Source: Longimicrobiales bacterium
GTDB lineage: Bacteria; Gemmatimonadota; Gemmatimonadetes; Longimicrobiales; Gaopeijiaceae
Assembly (NCBI GenBank): GCA_965203485.1
Contig: OZ241892.1
Span: 3,493,017-3,557,016 of the forward strand
Length of the DNA: 64,000 bases
Direction of reading: 5' to 3'
The translations under genes were made by a program, and so were the position numbers. The notes under the pieces were generated by a model that was given only the letters and a program-made list of their open reading frames with translations, made no database searches and was not told the DNA's origin. Shown one piece after another: positions 18,161-27,798 of the stretch (positions are counted from its first letter, which is position 1; each line of letters begins with the position of its first letter).

Positions 18161-21100
18161 GAGCCAACCGATCCCGCCTGCGATCCCACGATCTTGCCAC
18201 GCACATCCGCGCAAGTCCGCGACCAGCTCGTCGAGTCCTTGCAACTCGACTTGATCGGTCCGTGGCCCGGCCACGCCTTCGAGGAAGAGCGGTTGCCGGG
18301 TTGGGAGCGACCCTCGGTGTGGTACTTGACCGGCTTCCTGGTCCCGTCGGGCGCCCCGCCGGAACACCGGGTGGACGCAGACGAAGACGACGAACTGGAC
18401 GAGACGCCCGAAGTCGCAGGCCTCGGGGAGGAGTCCAACGAGGAGCGCAGGGCCGCGAAGAAGACGTTCTTTCCGTCGTCCATGGGGCTGAGCTTTCTGG
18501 TTCCGCCTGGAATTGGTTCGCTTGACGTAATCGTCTCCTGGGGCGACTACGAACGAGACAAGATCGAAGGGGGAGCCCAAGGGAGCGAAGGGAACCGCAA
18601 GCCCGTCGATGTCTGGCGGAGACGCCCGCGCAGCGAGACCGTGCCCGTGCTTCTTGGCCACGGGTTGGAGCCCGTCGTCGTTGGCGTGCCGGACTCGGGG
18701 GGTCTCGAGCTTCACTTGGTCTGCCGACCAACCGCCGCGAGCGGAGCCCTCGCGGGCAGGCTTCCCGCCGACACCCGGGCAACATCGGTGTTCTTGGTCA
18801 ATCGCAGGGCGGCGGTGGACGCCCCGGAGGGCGACGGCGACACGGCCTTCGCCTTTCAGCCGTGCGTCGAAGTGCGTTGCGCCGCGCCCTTCGTGGCCCG
18901 GCCGGACCCTCGGCGCTCGGTGCTCGGCGACTGGGACGAGCAGGTGGCAGACCTTCACTACGCCGACTCGCCCGAGTACGCGGCCGGCCATGGCGTGTCC
19001 GCCGACTGGGATGTCGTGGACGGCCGGTGCCGCGTGGTCCGCACGGCCTGGATGCCGCGCGCTCAAGTCGAGAAGACCGAGACGATGGATGACGTGTCCG
19101 GTGCCGCGTTGGCGATGGACGATCTTGGTGCGCTGGCGGACGGCGACGCGGCGAAGGCCGTCCTGTCGCCGCTGGTGGATCGCTACCGCGGCTGGATCGA
19201 GGAACGCCGCCGGGAGCTGAAGGCGCCGGGCGGCCATGGGACATCCGGCGTCGGCGCCGGCCCCGCCGACCCTCGCAATCGCGCGGTTGCCGACACGCTC
19301 GACGCCCAGCGCCGCGAGACGGCGGAGTATCTCCTGGACTTGGCCGGACATGCGGCCGACCGCATGGAGCGCGGCATCGATGCCTTGGCTGGAGACGGCG
19401 ACCTTCTGGACGCGTTCCGCATGGCCAACCGCGCGGTGGCCGCTGCGCTTCGCCGGCGTCCAGCGCCGATCGCGCCCCGCCCCTCGTCGTGCGCCGAATC
19501 GCCTCGCTGGAGGAGCTTCCAACTCGCTTTCGTCCTGCTGAACCTGTCCGGCTTGGCCGATCCGGCTCATGCGGACCGCAAGACGGTGGACTTGTTGTTC
19601 TTTCCCACAGGCGGAGGCAAGACCGAGGCGTACCTGGGGCTGGCGGCCGTCGCCATGGCGTTGCGGCGGTTGCGCGACCCGGGACCGGTCGAGCACCGGG
19701 GCGCGGGCGTGTCCGTCGTGATGCGCTACACGCTGCGCCTTCTCACGTTCGACCAGCTGGCGCGCGCCGCCGGACTCGTGTGCGCCCTGGAGTTGGAACG
19801 CGAGCGCGATCCGGACCGCTACGGCGAATGGCCCTTCGAGATCGGCTTGTGGGTCGGCAAGGCGGCGACTCCCAACGTTCTCGGCGCCAAGGGCGACACG
19901 CGCCGCGACACGGCCCGCGCGCGCACCATCCACTACAAGCAGGACCCCCGCAACAAGCCGTCGCCCATCCCCTTGGAAGATTGTCCTTGGTGCGGCACGC
20001 CGTTCAGCGCGGATTCCTTTCAGCTGGAGCCCGACGACGACAATCCTCGCAACTTGCGCATCGGGTGCGCGAACTTCGAGTGCGACTTCGCCGGCGACCG
20101 CCCGTTGCCGATCGTCGCGGTGGACGAACCCTTGTACCGCCGCCTGCCCGCGTTCGTCGTCGCGACCGTGGACAAGTTCGCTTCGTTGCCATGGACCGGT
20201 GCGTGCGGCGTGCTGCTGGGAGGCGCCGACCGTGCCGGTCGCGGTGGCTTCTACGGCGCTTCGGAGCCCGGGAAGGGAGACCGGCTGCCCGCGCCGCTGC
20301 CTCCGCCCGACCTCATCGTCCAGGACGAGCTGCACCTGATCTCGGGTCCCCTCGGCACCATGGCCGGCCTGTACGAGACCGCGATCGAAGAGCTGTGCGA
20401 GAGTGCCGGGCCGGCTCCGAAGATCGTGGCGTCCACGGCCACCGTCCGCCGGGCCCAGGACCAGATACAGGCGCTGTTCGCCCGCCCCGCGACGCAAGTG
20501 TTTCCGCCGCCCGGTCCCGCGCGCGGCGATTCCTTCTTTGCGCGCACCGCGCCTGCGTCCGGGACGCCCGCCCGCCTCTACTTGGGCCTCGCCGCCCAGG
20601 GTCGCAGTCCCAAGTTGGTGATGAGACGGGCCGTGCTGGCCCTCATGGGAGCGGCGGAGAAGGCGTACCGCGAGGCTGGCGGACATGCCGCCGAGCACAA
20701 CCCGGCCGACCCCTACATGACGTTGCTGGGCTATTTCAACAGCCTGCGCGAACTGGGCAGCGCCCGGCGCATCTTGGAGGAGGAGGTGCGCAACACGCTT
20801 CAACGCATCGGCGCCCGGCGCCGGATTGCGGCGGGCCACGCATCCGGGACGGCGCCCGCCGGACTGTTCCGCAACCGTCGCACGGTCGGCGACGTGGTCG
20901 AACTCACGTCGCGGGTCTCGACCGGCAAGGTGGCCGAAGCCCGCCAGCGACTGGGCCGCGCGTCCCACGAACAGCGCTCGGTCGACTACGCCATTGCGAC
21001 CAACATGATTTCGGTCGGCCTCGACATTCCCCGCCTGGGACTCATGTTCGTCGTTGGCCAGCCCAAGACGCACGCCGAGTACATCCAGGCCACGAGCCGC

Positions 21101-21727
21101 GTGGGCCGAGACAGCGCCCGGCCCGGCTTGGTCGTGACGCTGCTCAACGTCCACAGACCTCGCGACCGGTCGCACTACGAGACCTTCCGCAACTATCACG
21201 AGACGTTCTATCGCTCCGTCGAGGCGACCAGCGTAACGCCGTTCGCCGCGCGCGCGCTCGACCGCGGCCTGGCGGGCGCTCTCGTGGCGCTGGCCCGTCA
21301 CGGCCGTGCCGCGCTCGCGCCGTTCACCGGCGTGGAGCGACTGGGCGACGAACGCAACGATGTCGAGCGTCTTCTGTTGCGGGCCTTTCTGGATCGGGTC
21401 GAGCACCAGCCGGGCGTGTCGGACGGGGAGCGCGATGAGCTTGCGCGTAGCGTCCGCAACCGGATAGTGGATTTGCTGGATTCCTGGCAGCACGTGGTGA
21501 GCGACTATCGACATGCGGGCGTGGGCGTCCAATACCAGAAGCACGAGAAGCGCGGACCGGCTCTGCGGCCTCTGCTTCGCGAGATGCTCGACCGGGAGTT
21601 CGAGTCGGAGCATCACGCCAAGTTCCGCGCCAACCGCTCGTTGCGGGACGTCGAGCCGGAAGTGAACGTTTACGTGAAGGAGCCTGGCGGGGCGAGCGGC
21701 GGCGGCTCGCCGGGAGGCGGACGATGA
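18149..21727 (+). CDS. drmA: DISARM helicase DrmA
   Basis: FPTGGGKTEAY, MRYTLRLLT, QDELHLI, ATNMISVGLDI, QATSRVGR; start probably ATG 18149 (track ORF from 18041). Confidence 0.9.
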   Translation: MFLLEPTDPACDPTILPRTSAQVRDQLVESLQLDLIGPWPGHAFEEERLPGWERPSVWYLTGFLVPSGAPPEHRVDADEDDELDETPEVAGLGEESNEERRAAKKTFFPSSMGLSFLVPPGIGSLDVIVSWGDYERDKIEGGAQGSEGNRKPVDVWRRRPRSETVPVLLGHGLEPVVVGVPDSGGLELHLVCRPTAASGALAGRLPADTRATSVFLVNRRAAVDAPEGDGDTAFAFQPCVEVRCAAPFVARPDPRRSVLGDWDEQVADLHYADSPEYAAGHGVSADWDVVDGRCRVVRTAWMPRAQVEKTETMDDVSGAALAMDDLGALADGDAAKAVLSPLVDRYRGWIEERRRELKAPGGHGTSGVGAGPADPRNRAVADTLDAQRRETAEYLLDLAGHAADRMERGIDALAGDGDLLDAFRMANRAVAAALRRRPAPIAPRPSSCAESPRWRSFQLAFVLLNLSGLADPAHADRKTVDLLFFPTGGGKTEAYLGLAAVAMALRRLRDPGPVEHRGAGVSVVMRYTLRLLTFDQLARAAGLVCALELERERDPDRYGEWPFEIGLWVGKAATPNVLGAKGDTRRDTARARTIHYKQDPRNKPSPIPLEDCPWCGTPFSADSFQLEPDDDNPRNLRIGCANFECDFAGDRPLPIVAVDEPLYRRLPAFVVATVDKFASLPWTGACGVLLGGADRAGRGGFYGASEPGKGDRLPAPLPPPDLIVQDELHLISGPLGTMAGLYETAIEELCESAGPAPKIVASTATVRRAQDQIQALFARPATQVFPPPGPARGDSFFARTAPASGTPARLYLGLAAQGRSPKLVMRRAVLALMGAAEKAYREAGGHAAEHNPADPYMTLLGYFNSLRELGSARRILEEEVRNTLQRIGARRRIAAGHASGTAPAGLFRNRRTVGDVVELTSRVSTGKVAEARQRLGRASHEQRSVDYAIATNMISVGLDIPRLGLMFVVGQPKTHAEYIQATSRVGRDSARPGLVVTLLNVHRPRDRSHYETFRNYHETFYRSVEATSVTPFAARALDRGLAGALVALARHGRAALAPFTGVERLGDERNDVERLLLRAFLDRVEHQPGVSDGERDELARSVRNRIVDLLDSWQHVVSDYRHAGVGVQYQKHEKRGPALRPLLREMLDREFESEHHAKFRANRSLRDVEPEVNVYVKEPGGASGGGSPGGGR

Positions 21728-23739
21728 GCTCAAGAGCGCACGGCCAGATTCGGCGAGGCCAAGTGATCACCACATGGGGCCCGGGCTCCCTCATCGACAT
21801 GCCGAACCACGCGGCCGTGATGGGCGGACTGGAAACGTGGCCCAGCCTGGACCATCTCAAGGAGATCGTGGAACCCCGGCTCTCCCGCAAGCTGGAGGCC
21901 ATGACCAACTTGCCCTTCCCCCGGCTCTATGCGCCGCCCGCCGCGGAAGGACGCAAGCCTTGGGAAACGCAACTGGGAATTGGTGCTTGGCGGTTCCCCG
22001 AGTGGTTCTTGGTGCAGGAAGATCCCTACAAGGGAAGCGGATCCGGGCCGGACAAGCGTGGAAGGCGCGGCGGATCGCGCCGCTTGGTGCACCGCAAGGC
22101 GCTGGACGAAAGAGGCCGCTTCGACGGCCGCCCAGTCGTGCCTGCGGTTCACGTGCGCGCGTGTCCCCGCGGTCACCTGGACGACCTCGACTGGTCGGCG
22201 TTCGTGCACGCGGCGGACACGGCTGGCCCGCACGGCACGCCCAGCACGCAGGCGGGCAGCGGGGTCGGCGGCTCGTACTGCGGCCGCGCTCTGTGGCTGG
22301 ACCAGACCGGGACGGCGGGCGACCTGGGCGAACTCGTGGTGCGTTGCGAATGCGGCAAGCGCCGCCGCCTGTACGAAGCGGCCGACGTGTCGCTGAAGAC
22401 CCTCGGACAGTGCACGGGCGCCCGTCCATGGCTGGGCAGGAACGCCAACGAATCGTGCGGCCACCCGGCCCGGTTGCTGGTGCGCACTGCGTCCAACGCC
22501 TATTTTCCGCAGATCGTCGCCGTCTTGTCGCTTCCCGATCCGGGCTCCGAGATTCGGCGCGCTGTCGAGTCCCTCTGGAACGACTTGACAATCGTGGACG
22601 ACGCCGCCGGTCTCGCGTTCATGAAGCGCAAGCCCGACGTAGCGGCGGCGCTGGCCCCGTTCGACGACGAGCGAGTGCTCGAGGCAATCGCGGAGAAGAA
22701 GGGGGGACGTGGAGGCGATCAGCCCGTGAAGCGGGTCGAGCTCGACGCCGTCTTGAATGTCCCGGAGGGATACGGCGACGACGTGCCCATCGATCCCAAG
22801 TTTCACGCCCGGCGCCTTCCGGACTCGGCGTGGCGGCGCGACGGACGGCTGCGCCCACCGCTCGACGAGGCTCAGCGGGATTCGCAGGGCGGGGGTCCGC
22901 ACGCCGGAGCTTCCGCCGATGCACTGGCACCTGTCGCTGTCCCGCCATTCAGCTCGCCGGGAGCGGGGTCCCGCGCCGGAACTTCCGCGAGTTCGCGCAT
23001 CGCGAGCGTTGTCCAGTTGCACCGCCTCCGCGAAGTGATGGCCCTGGTCGGCTTCACGCGCTTGGAGGCGACCACCCCCGACATTCACGGCGAGTACGAC
23101 TCGGACGTGGAGCCCGCCGCCTTGGCGCGGGTCCCGGAATGGTTCCCGGCGGTGGAAAACCGGGGCGAGGGCGTGTTCGTGCAGCTGGACACGGGCGCCG
23201 TTTGCGAGTGGCTCGAGCGCGACGCCGTCCAGGACCGCTTGGCCGCTCTGGAGCGGGGCCACGAAGCGTGGTGCGAAGACCGCAATGCCACGCGCGCCTT
23301 CCCCGGTGGCCCCTACATCCTGCTCCACACTCTGTCGCACCTGCTCATTCAGTCGCTGGCGATGCGGTGCGGCTATCCCGCCACGTCAATCCGGGAGCGC
23401 GTGTACGTGGAAGGCGACCGCTACGGCATCCTCCTCTACACAGGCAGCCCCGACGCCGACGGAACCTTGGGCGGGCTCGTCCAGCAGGCACGCCGCATCG
23501 AGGACCACCTGGACCATGCCTGCGGGGCCGCCGTCCTGTGCTCCAACGACCCCATCTGCGCCCAGCACGCCCCCGAAACCGCGCTGGAAGGCCATCTGCT
23601 CCTCGGCGCCGCCTGCCACGCCTGCGCGCTGGTCGCCGAAACCTCGTGCGAAATGCGCAACGACTACCTGGACCGCGCGCTGGTCGTGCCTGTGATCGGC
23701 CATGAAGGCGCGGCCTTCTTCCCGGCCCCGTCCTGGTGA
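21724..23739 (+). CDS. drmB: DISARM DUF1998 protein DrmB
   Basis: ATGA overlap with drmA; QVITTWGPGSLID, HTLSHLLI, GTLGGL, CSNDPIC...ACHAC...ETSCE. Confidence 0.9.
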   Translation: MSSRAHGQIRRGQVITTWGPGSLIDMPNHAAVMGGLETWPSLDHLKEIVEPRLSRKLEAMTNLPFPRLYAPPAAEGRKPWETQLGIGAWRFPEWFLVQEDPYKGSGSGPDKRGRRGGSRRLVHRKALDERGRFDGRPVVPAVHVRACPRGHLDDLDWSAFVHAADTAGPHGTPSTQAGSGVGGSYCGRALWLDQTGTAGDLGELVVRCECGKRRRLYEAADVSLKTLGQCTGARPWLGRNANESCGHPARLLVRTASNAYFPQIVAVLSLPDPGSEIRRAVESLWNDLTIVDDAAGLAFMKRKPDVAAALAPFDDERVLEAIAEKKGGRGGDQPVKRVELDAVLNVPEGYGDDVPIDPKFHARRLPDSAWRRDGRLRPPLDEAQRDSQGGGPHAGASADALAPVAVPPFSSPGAGSRAGTSASSRIASVVQLHRLREVMALVGFTRLEATTPDIHGEYDSDVEPAALARVPEWFPAVENRGEGVFVQLDTGAVCEWLERDAVQDRLAALERGHEAWCEDRNATRAFPGGPYILLHTLSHLLIQSLAMRCGYPATSIRERVYVEGDRYGILLYTGSPDADGTLGGLVQQARRIEDHLDHACGAAVLCSNDPICAQHAPETALEGHLLLGAACHACALVAETSCEMRNDYLDRALVVPVIGHEGAAFFPAPSW

Positions 23740-23814
23740 GGCCCGAGGCCTCGTCCCGGTTCCAGCGGCCGCCGCGGCCCTTCCGGCACCGGTTGCCTCT
23801 CGGCCGCGCACGTC

Positions 23815-24606
23815 TTGGCTGACCTGGCCCGTCTGGCTGATCTGCCGGCGCATGTTCGCCGCCGCTTGGAGGCCGCGCTGGAGTCCGGCTTGGTCACCGC
23901 GTCGTCGCCTCCGTCCGCACTGCGCGCCGCGCTGGGCTCGGAACTCGGCGCGAGTTCAGCGGATGTGGCGGCTGGCCTTCGCGAACTCCATGCCCTCGGG
24001 ATCAGCGGCCGGGTTGCCGCCGCGTGGTTGCGGACGACTGCCCAAGGCGCCGGCCGGGCCCGCGCGGCGGACTTGGTGTGGTCCGGCCCGGAGGTCGCCG
24101 GACTCCACGCCAGGGACACCCGTCGCGTCTACGAGGAGCTGATGGGCGCCGCCCAGCGATCCCTATGGGCCAGCACCTTCGCCTTCTTCGACGGCCCGCA
24201 AGCCTTCGCCGTGCTGGCCCGCCGCATGGAGGAGAGCCCCGCCTTGTCCGTGACGCTGCTGCTCAACATCCAGCGCCGTCGCGGCGACACCACCGACCCC
24301 GCCCACCTCGTCCGGCGGTTCGCCGACCGCTTCTGGAGCGCTGACTGGCCCGGCGCCGCCCGTCCCGACGTCTACTACGACGCCCGTTCGCTCGATCCCG
24401 CCGGCCCCACCAGCGTCCTCCACGCCAAGGCCGTCGTGGCCGACGACGAATCGCTCTTCGTCACCTCCGCCAACCTCACCGAGGCCGCGCTCGACCGAAA
24501 CATCGAACTCGGCTTGCTGGTCCGCGACCGCGCCCTCGCGCTCAACGTCGTCGGCCACTTCCAAGGGCTGATCGACCGCGGTCTCCTGGCGCGATTGCCG
24601 GAGTGA
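23815..24606 (+). CDS. drmC: DISARM phospholipase D-like nuclease DrmC
   Basis: LVWSGPE, LHAKAVVAD (HxK), TSANLT, NIELG; start uncertain. Confidence 0.9.
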   Translation: MADLARLADLPAHVRRRLEAALESGLVTASSPPSALRAALGSELGASSADVAAGLRELHALGISGRVAAAWLRTTAQGAGRARAADLVWSGPEVAGLHARDTRRVYEELMGAAQRSLWASTFAFFDGPQAFAVLARRMEESPALSVTLLLNIQRRRGDTTDPAHLVRRFADRFWSADWPGAARPDVYYDARSLDPAGPTSVLHAKAVVADDESLFVTSANLTEAALDRNIELGLLVRDRALALNVVGHFQGLIDRGLLARLPE

Positions 24607-24685
24607 CGGGCCACCTCGGGGCCACGAATGATATCATGATACTACCACCTGCCACGTCGGCGGTCGGCCGCCGTGCGTCGGCAAC

Positions 24686-26053
24686 CTACGCGCGATGCTG
24701 CCGCCGCCCCAGTAGTCGCCTGCTCATCGCGGCCAGCGCCGCAACGCCCGCCGCGTAGCCGATCTGCGGGGGAACGGCCCCGCCGATCATCTTGGACACG
24801 TTGCTTCTCGACAACGGTTTGCCGTCGACCATCCGGAACTCGAACGTATCGGGAAAGCCTTGAATCCTGGCGGCCTCGCGCGGCGTGATCGTTCTTCGCA
24901 GTTCCGGATGGATGAATCGGCCGCGTCCGGGCGTATTGAAGCCGGTTGTTATCGTGCCTGCCGGCCGGTCCCAGCGCAACCGTCCGTAAATCGATGGATA
25001 CGTGTGGCCGTTCCGGTGGCAGGCGGGACGCCAGTCGTTCGGCAAGTCGAATTCGTCGTGGCTGAACAAGTAGTCGATCCTGTCGCGATTGACGTCGGAC
25101 AGCTCGGCCGGCACGTCCAGGAAATCCCGTGCCTCGCGCTGGACTAGGTCGCCAATCACCCACCGCAGGTCCCGCGCCGGACGTGCAGTGGCTTCAACGG
25201 CCGCAGACAAGTCCGGTTGCTTGTCGATGGACGCAACCAAGATGTGACGCTTCCTCGTTTGCGGCAATCCGAGACGGGTCGCGTCGATGACCGCCTCGTC
25301 CACGTGGTATCCCCTGGAGGAAAACAACGCCTTTGCTTCTTCGAGTATTTGCCGGCGATCGTGTCTGATGCCGGGAACATTCTCGACGATCACCGTCTTT
25401 GCCTTCAATGCGACAGCCAGCGCCGGCATCACGACGTAGTACATGTTGCGTGGATCCGAACGCCGGCTGACGTTGTTGGACGTCGAATGACCTTCGCACG
25501 GTGGCCCGCCCAACAAGACATCCAACTTGCCGACCGCCGCCAACAGCGTTTCGTCCACAATCCTGGGTTCGCCTACGAACCGGGCTCTTCCATTGCGATA
25601 GGAATAGCCGGTTGTCACCGACGTCCAGATGTTCCTCGACGACCAGTGTCGCGGATCAAGGTTTCTCCGGTAGACGTCCAGTGCAACCGGATTGTTGTCT
25701 CCAGCCAAGACAAATCGCGGAATCATCCCGGCCGCCAGCACCGCCTCCCGAACGCCGTACGACAGACCACCAGCGCCGCAGAACACATCTGCAATCGTTA
25801 CATGGCGCCCGTCGTCGCGAGTCGCATGTTCCACTTGTCCCCTGAGCAAGGCGTGATCGAAGCACGACTGCAACGAGGTCGTCCCCACCTCGTCGCCCAG
25901 CTCGAGTCGGGTTCGACACGACGAACGGCCGACAAGGCCACACAGGTCCAGCGTCTTGACTACCCGCGAACGAGTTTGCGAAAACGACTCCAATACGCCG
26001 TCGTTCTTCGCGATTGCGCTCGATGCCTGTCGAGCTCCGGGCATGTTGATCAC
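24686..26053 (-). CDS. DNA (cytosine-5) methyltransferase
   Basis: DVFCGAGG (I), GGPPCEGHS (IV), ENVPG (VI), QTRKR (VIII), REAARIQGFPD (IX), IGGAVPP (X); GTGA overlap with the upstream gene. Confidence 0.92.
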   Translation of the reverse strand: MINMPGARQASSAIAKNDGVLESFSQTRSRVVKTLDLCGLVGRSSCRTRLELGDEVGTTSLQSCFDHALLRGQVEHATRDDGRHVTIADVFCGAGGLSYGVREAVLAAGMIPRFVLAGDNNPVALDVYRRNLDPRHWSSRNIWTSVTTGYSYRNGRARFVGEPRIVDETLLAAVGKLDVLLGGPPCEGHSTSNNVSRRSDPRNMYYVVMPALAVALKAKTVIVENVPGIRHDRRQILEEAKALFSSRGYHVDEAVIDATRLGLPQTRKRHILVASIDKQPDLSAAVEATARPARDLRWVIGDLVQREARDFLDVPAELSDVNRDRIDYLFSHDEFDLPNDWRPACHRNGHTYPSIYGRLRWDRPAGTITTGFNTPGRGRFIHPELRRTITPREAARIQGFPDTFEFRMVDGKPLSRSNVSKMIGGAVPPQIGYAAGVAALAAMSRRLLGRRQHRA

Positions 26054-26820
26054 GCGCGCTTCAGGTCGCGGCTGTGACTCTCGAGCAACGACCGCAGCTC
26101 GCCGTCGCTCATGAACTCGAAGGCGTAGACGCTATGCAAGTGCCTCAATCGCTTGTATAGCTCCCTGATGCTACCGTCACCCGTGTTGCGAAGATAGGTC
26201 TTTTTGGTCGTCGGATCGGGATACTGAAACCTCACCAACGCACGTGCCAAGTTCCTGCACCATCCGTATCTGATCCGGATAAGTCCCGACTCGATGAAGT
26301 CGGTATGCAAGAATCTTTCTGCAAGGTGATACGCGTTCTGGGGATCGGCGTCAGGATCGTACAGCATGTCGGCTCGCAGCCACAATATCCCGAGCCGGCA
26401 CTGTCCAATGTCGTGCCTGTCAATGCCGTAGTTGGTCAGATTGGCTTCTCGTCCCTTCGGACCGCCGTGGCGCGCTTCGATGATGTCGGCCAGCTGCTCC
26501 ACCGCCAGCCATCTCCAAAAGTCCGCTGAAGCCGCAACGCTGGGCGGCAACTGGAGTTCCCTGTGGAGCATCGAACACGCCAGCCTGTCGAAGTTGAACG
26601 CATCGACCTTGCGACCGTGCTGGACGAGATTCTCACGTAGCTTGAGAATAGAAGCACACGCTCCGTCGACCACTGCAGCATCCCATTCCGACGCGAGTTC
26701 GATCGTGCCGAAGTCCCGCGCCAGAAGCTTCCATGGGCGGCCTCGGCGCCGGTTGGTGACCGCAACCCGCGCCTTTTCGCTGGAAAGCGTCCTGACTCTA
26801 CTCGAGTCATCTACCATCAT
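26050..26820 (-). CDS. DUF6339-like protein
   Basis: LHRELQLPPSVAASADFWRWLA, RLGILWLR...YDP...AYHL, RELYKRL pattern recalled for DUF6339. Confidence 0.6.
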   Translation of the reverse strand: MMVDDSSRVRTLSSEKARVAVTNRRRGRPWKLLARDFGTIELASEWDAAVVDGACASILKLRENLVQHGRKVDAFNFDRLACSMLHRELQLPPSVAASADFWRWLAVEQLADIIEARHGGPKGREANLTNYGIDRHDIGQCRLGILWLRADMLYDPDADPQNAYHLAERFLHTDFIESGLIRIRYGWCRNLARALVRFQYPDPTTKKTYLRNTGDGSIRELYKRLRHLHSVYAFEFMSDGELRSLLESHSRDLKRA

Positions 26821-26841
26821 GAACCTCGCTCAAGCCCCACG

Positions 26842-27798
26842 TCACGCGACAACGCCGATGATCTTGGCGATATGCGACCGAAGCGCCAGCAAGTCCTCCT
26901 CCTGTCCCAAAGCGCGAATATCGGCGTACGCCATGCCGCTTGCGCTCGCGAGCTTGCCATAGACCTGTCCAACCAGGGTCTCATTGTCGGACGGATCGGG
27001 ATCAACCGACGTTCCCCTAAGCACCTCGCTCCATATTTGGGCGATGATCTCGGACGCCAACATCTTCCACGCGAAATCGCTCTTTCCCGTCACCGCGTTC
27101 ATCGAGTTGAGGCGTTCCTCCGCCTTGTTCATGTAGACAGTGAGGACATCGCCGATCGGATGCGAGAAGCGATTCTCGTCCGTCGCATCGTGCCACTTGA
27201 TGGCCCACAGCAGCTCCGCAGGGTACTCCGTGTCCCCGCCGAACTCGCGCCAGCTAAACGGAAAGGCCGCCGCATGGACACGTTGCCGAATCGCAAATTC
27301 CCGCCTGCACAACACTTTTCCGAAGTCGAGCCCGTGCGCCGCGAGAATCGGATCGTCGGCGACGACGCGAACGGCCAAGACGAATTCCAACGGGCCGCCG
27401 GTCTGCACCGCGTCCATGTCGCTGGCCGCCGGCGACCACCGCGCAGGCACGTCGGCAACGGGCCAACTACCGAACGTCTTGTACATCTTCAACTGGCGAC
27501 TGCGCACGGACACGCCGAGCGCCATCTGATCCGCAGACAACGAAAGGCGGCTCGCGACGTCGGCAAGGCCGTTGAGCGCAAGGACGAATCGCGGTTCCAA
27601 TGGACGGTTCGCATCTGCCTGTTCAAGATAGTAAGGCAATTCGGTCTCGGGCCGATGAGAAAACGGAGAGAATCGGCAATCCTCGAGCACGCTGTCGAGC
27701 AGGTTGGACAACTTGTTCGGGTTGACTCCGTCTCCAAACGGCGGAAGCATCCGCCGTTCGGTTCGGCGACGCCCGGATGTGTTTGGCAAGACGCTCAA
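26842..27798 (-). CDS. Hypothetical protein (318 aa)
   Basis: Protein-like composition; TTGA overlap with the upstream gene and 21-nt gap to the next gene. Confidence 0.75.
   Translation of the reverse strand: MSVLPNTSGRRRTERRMLPPFGDGVNPNKLSNLLDSVLEDCRFSPFSHRPETELPYYLEQADANRPLEPRFVLALNGLADVASRLSLSADQMALGVSVRSRQLKMYKTFGSWPVADVPARWSPAASDMDAVQTGGPLEFVLAVRVVADDPILAAHGLDFGKVLCRREFAIRQRVHAAAFPFSWREFGGDTEYPAELLWAIKWHDATDENRFSHPIGDVLTVYMNKAEERLNSMNAVTGKSDFAWKMLASEIIAQIWSEVLRGTSVDPDPSDNETLVGQVYGKLASASGMAYADIRALGQEEDLLALRSHIAKIIGVVA

Noticed and set aside
18116..21733. Long minus-strand ORFs opposite drmA, and similar ones opposite drmD, drmMI, drmB and the GCS2 gene
   Set aside because: Typical stop-poor antisense frames of high-GC3 genes; no recognisable motifs
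24686..26053. Calling the C5 methyltransferase drmMII (class II DISARM)
   Set aside because: It is on the opposite strand, coupled to a different operon, no drmE is seen, and the DISARM here is a complete class I set
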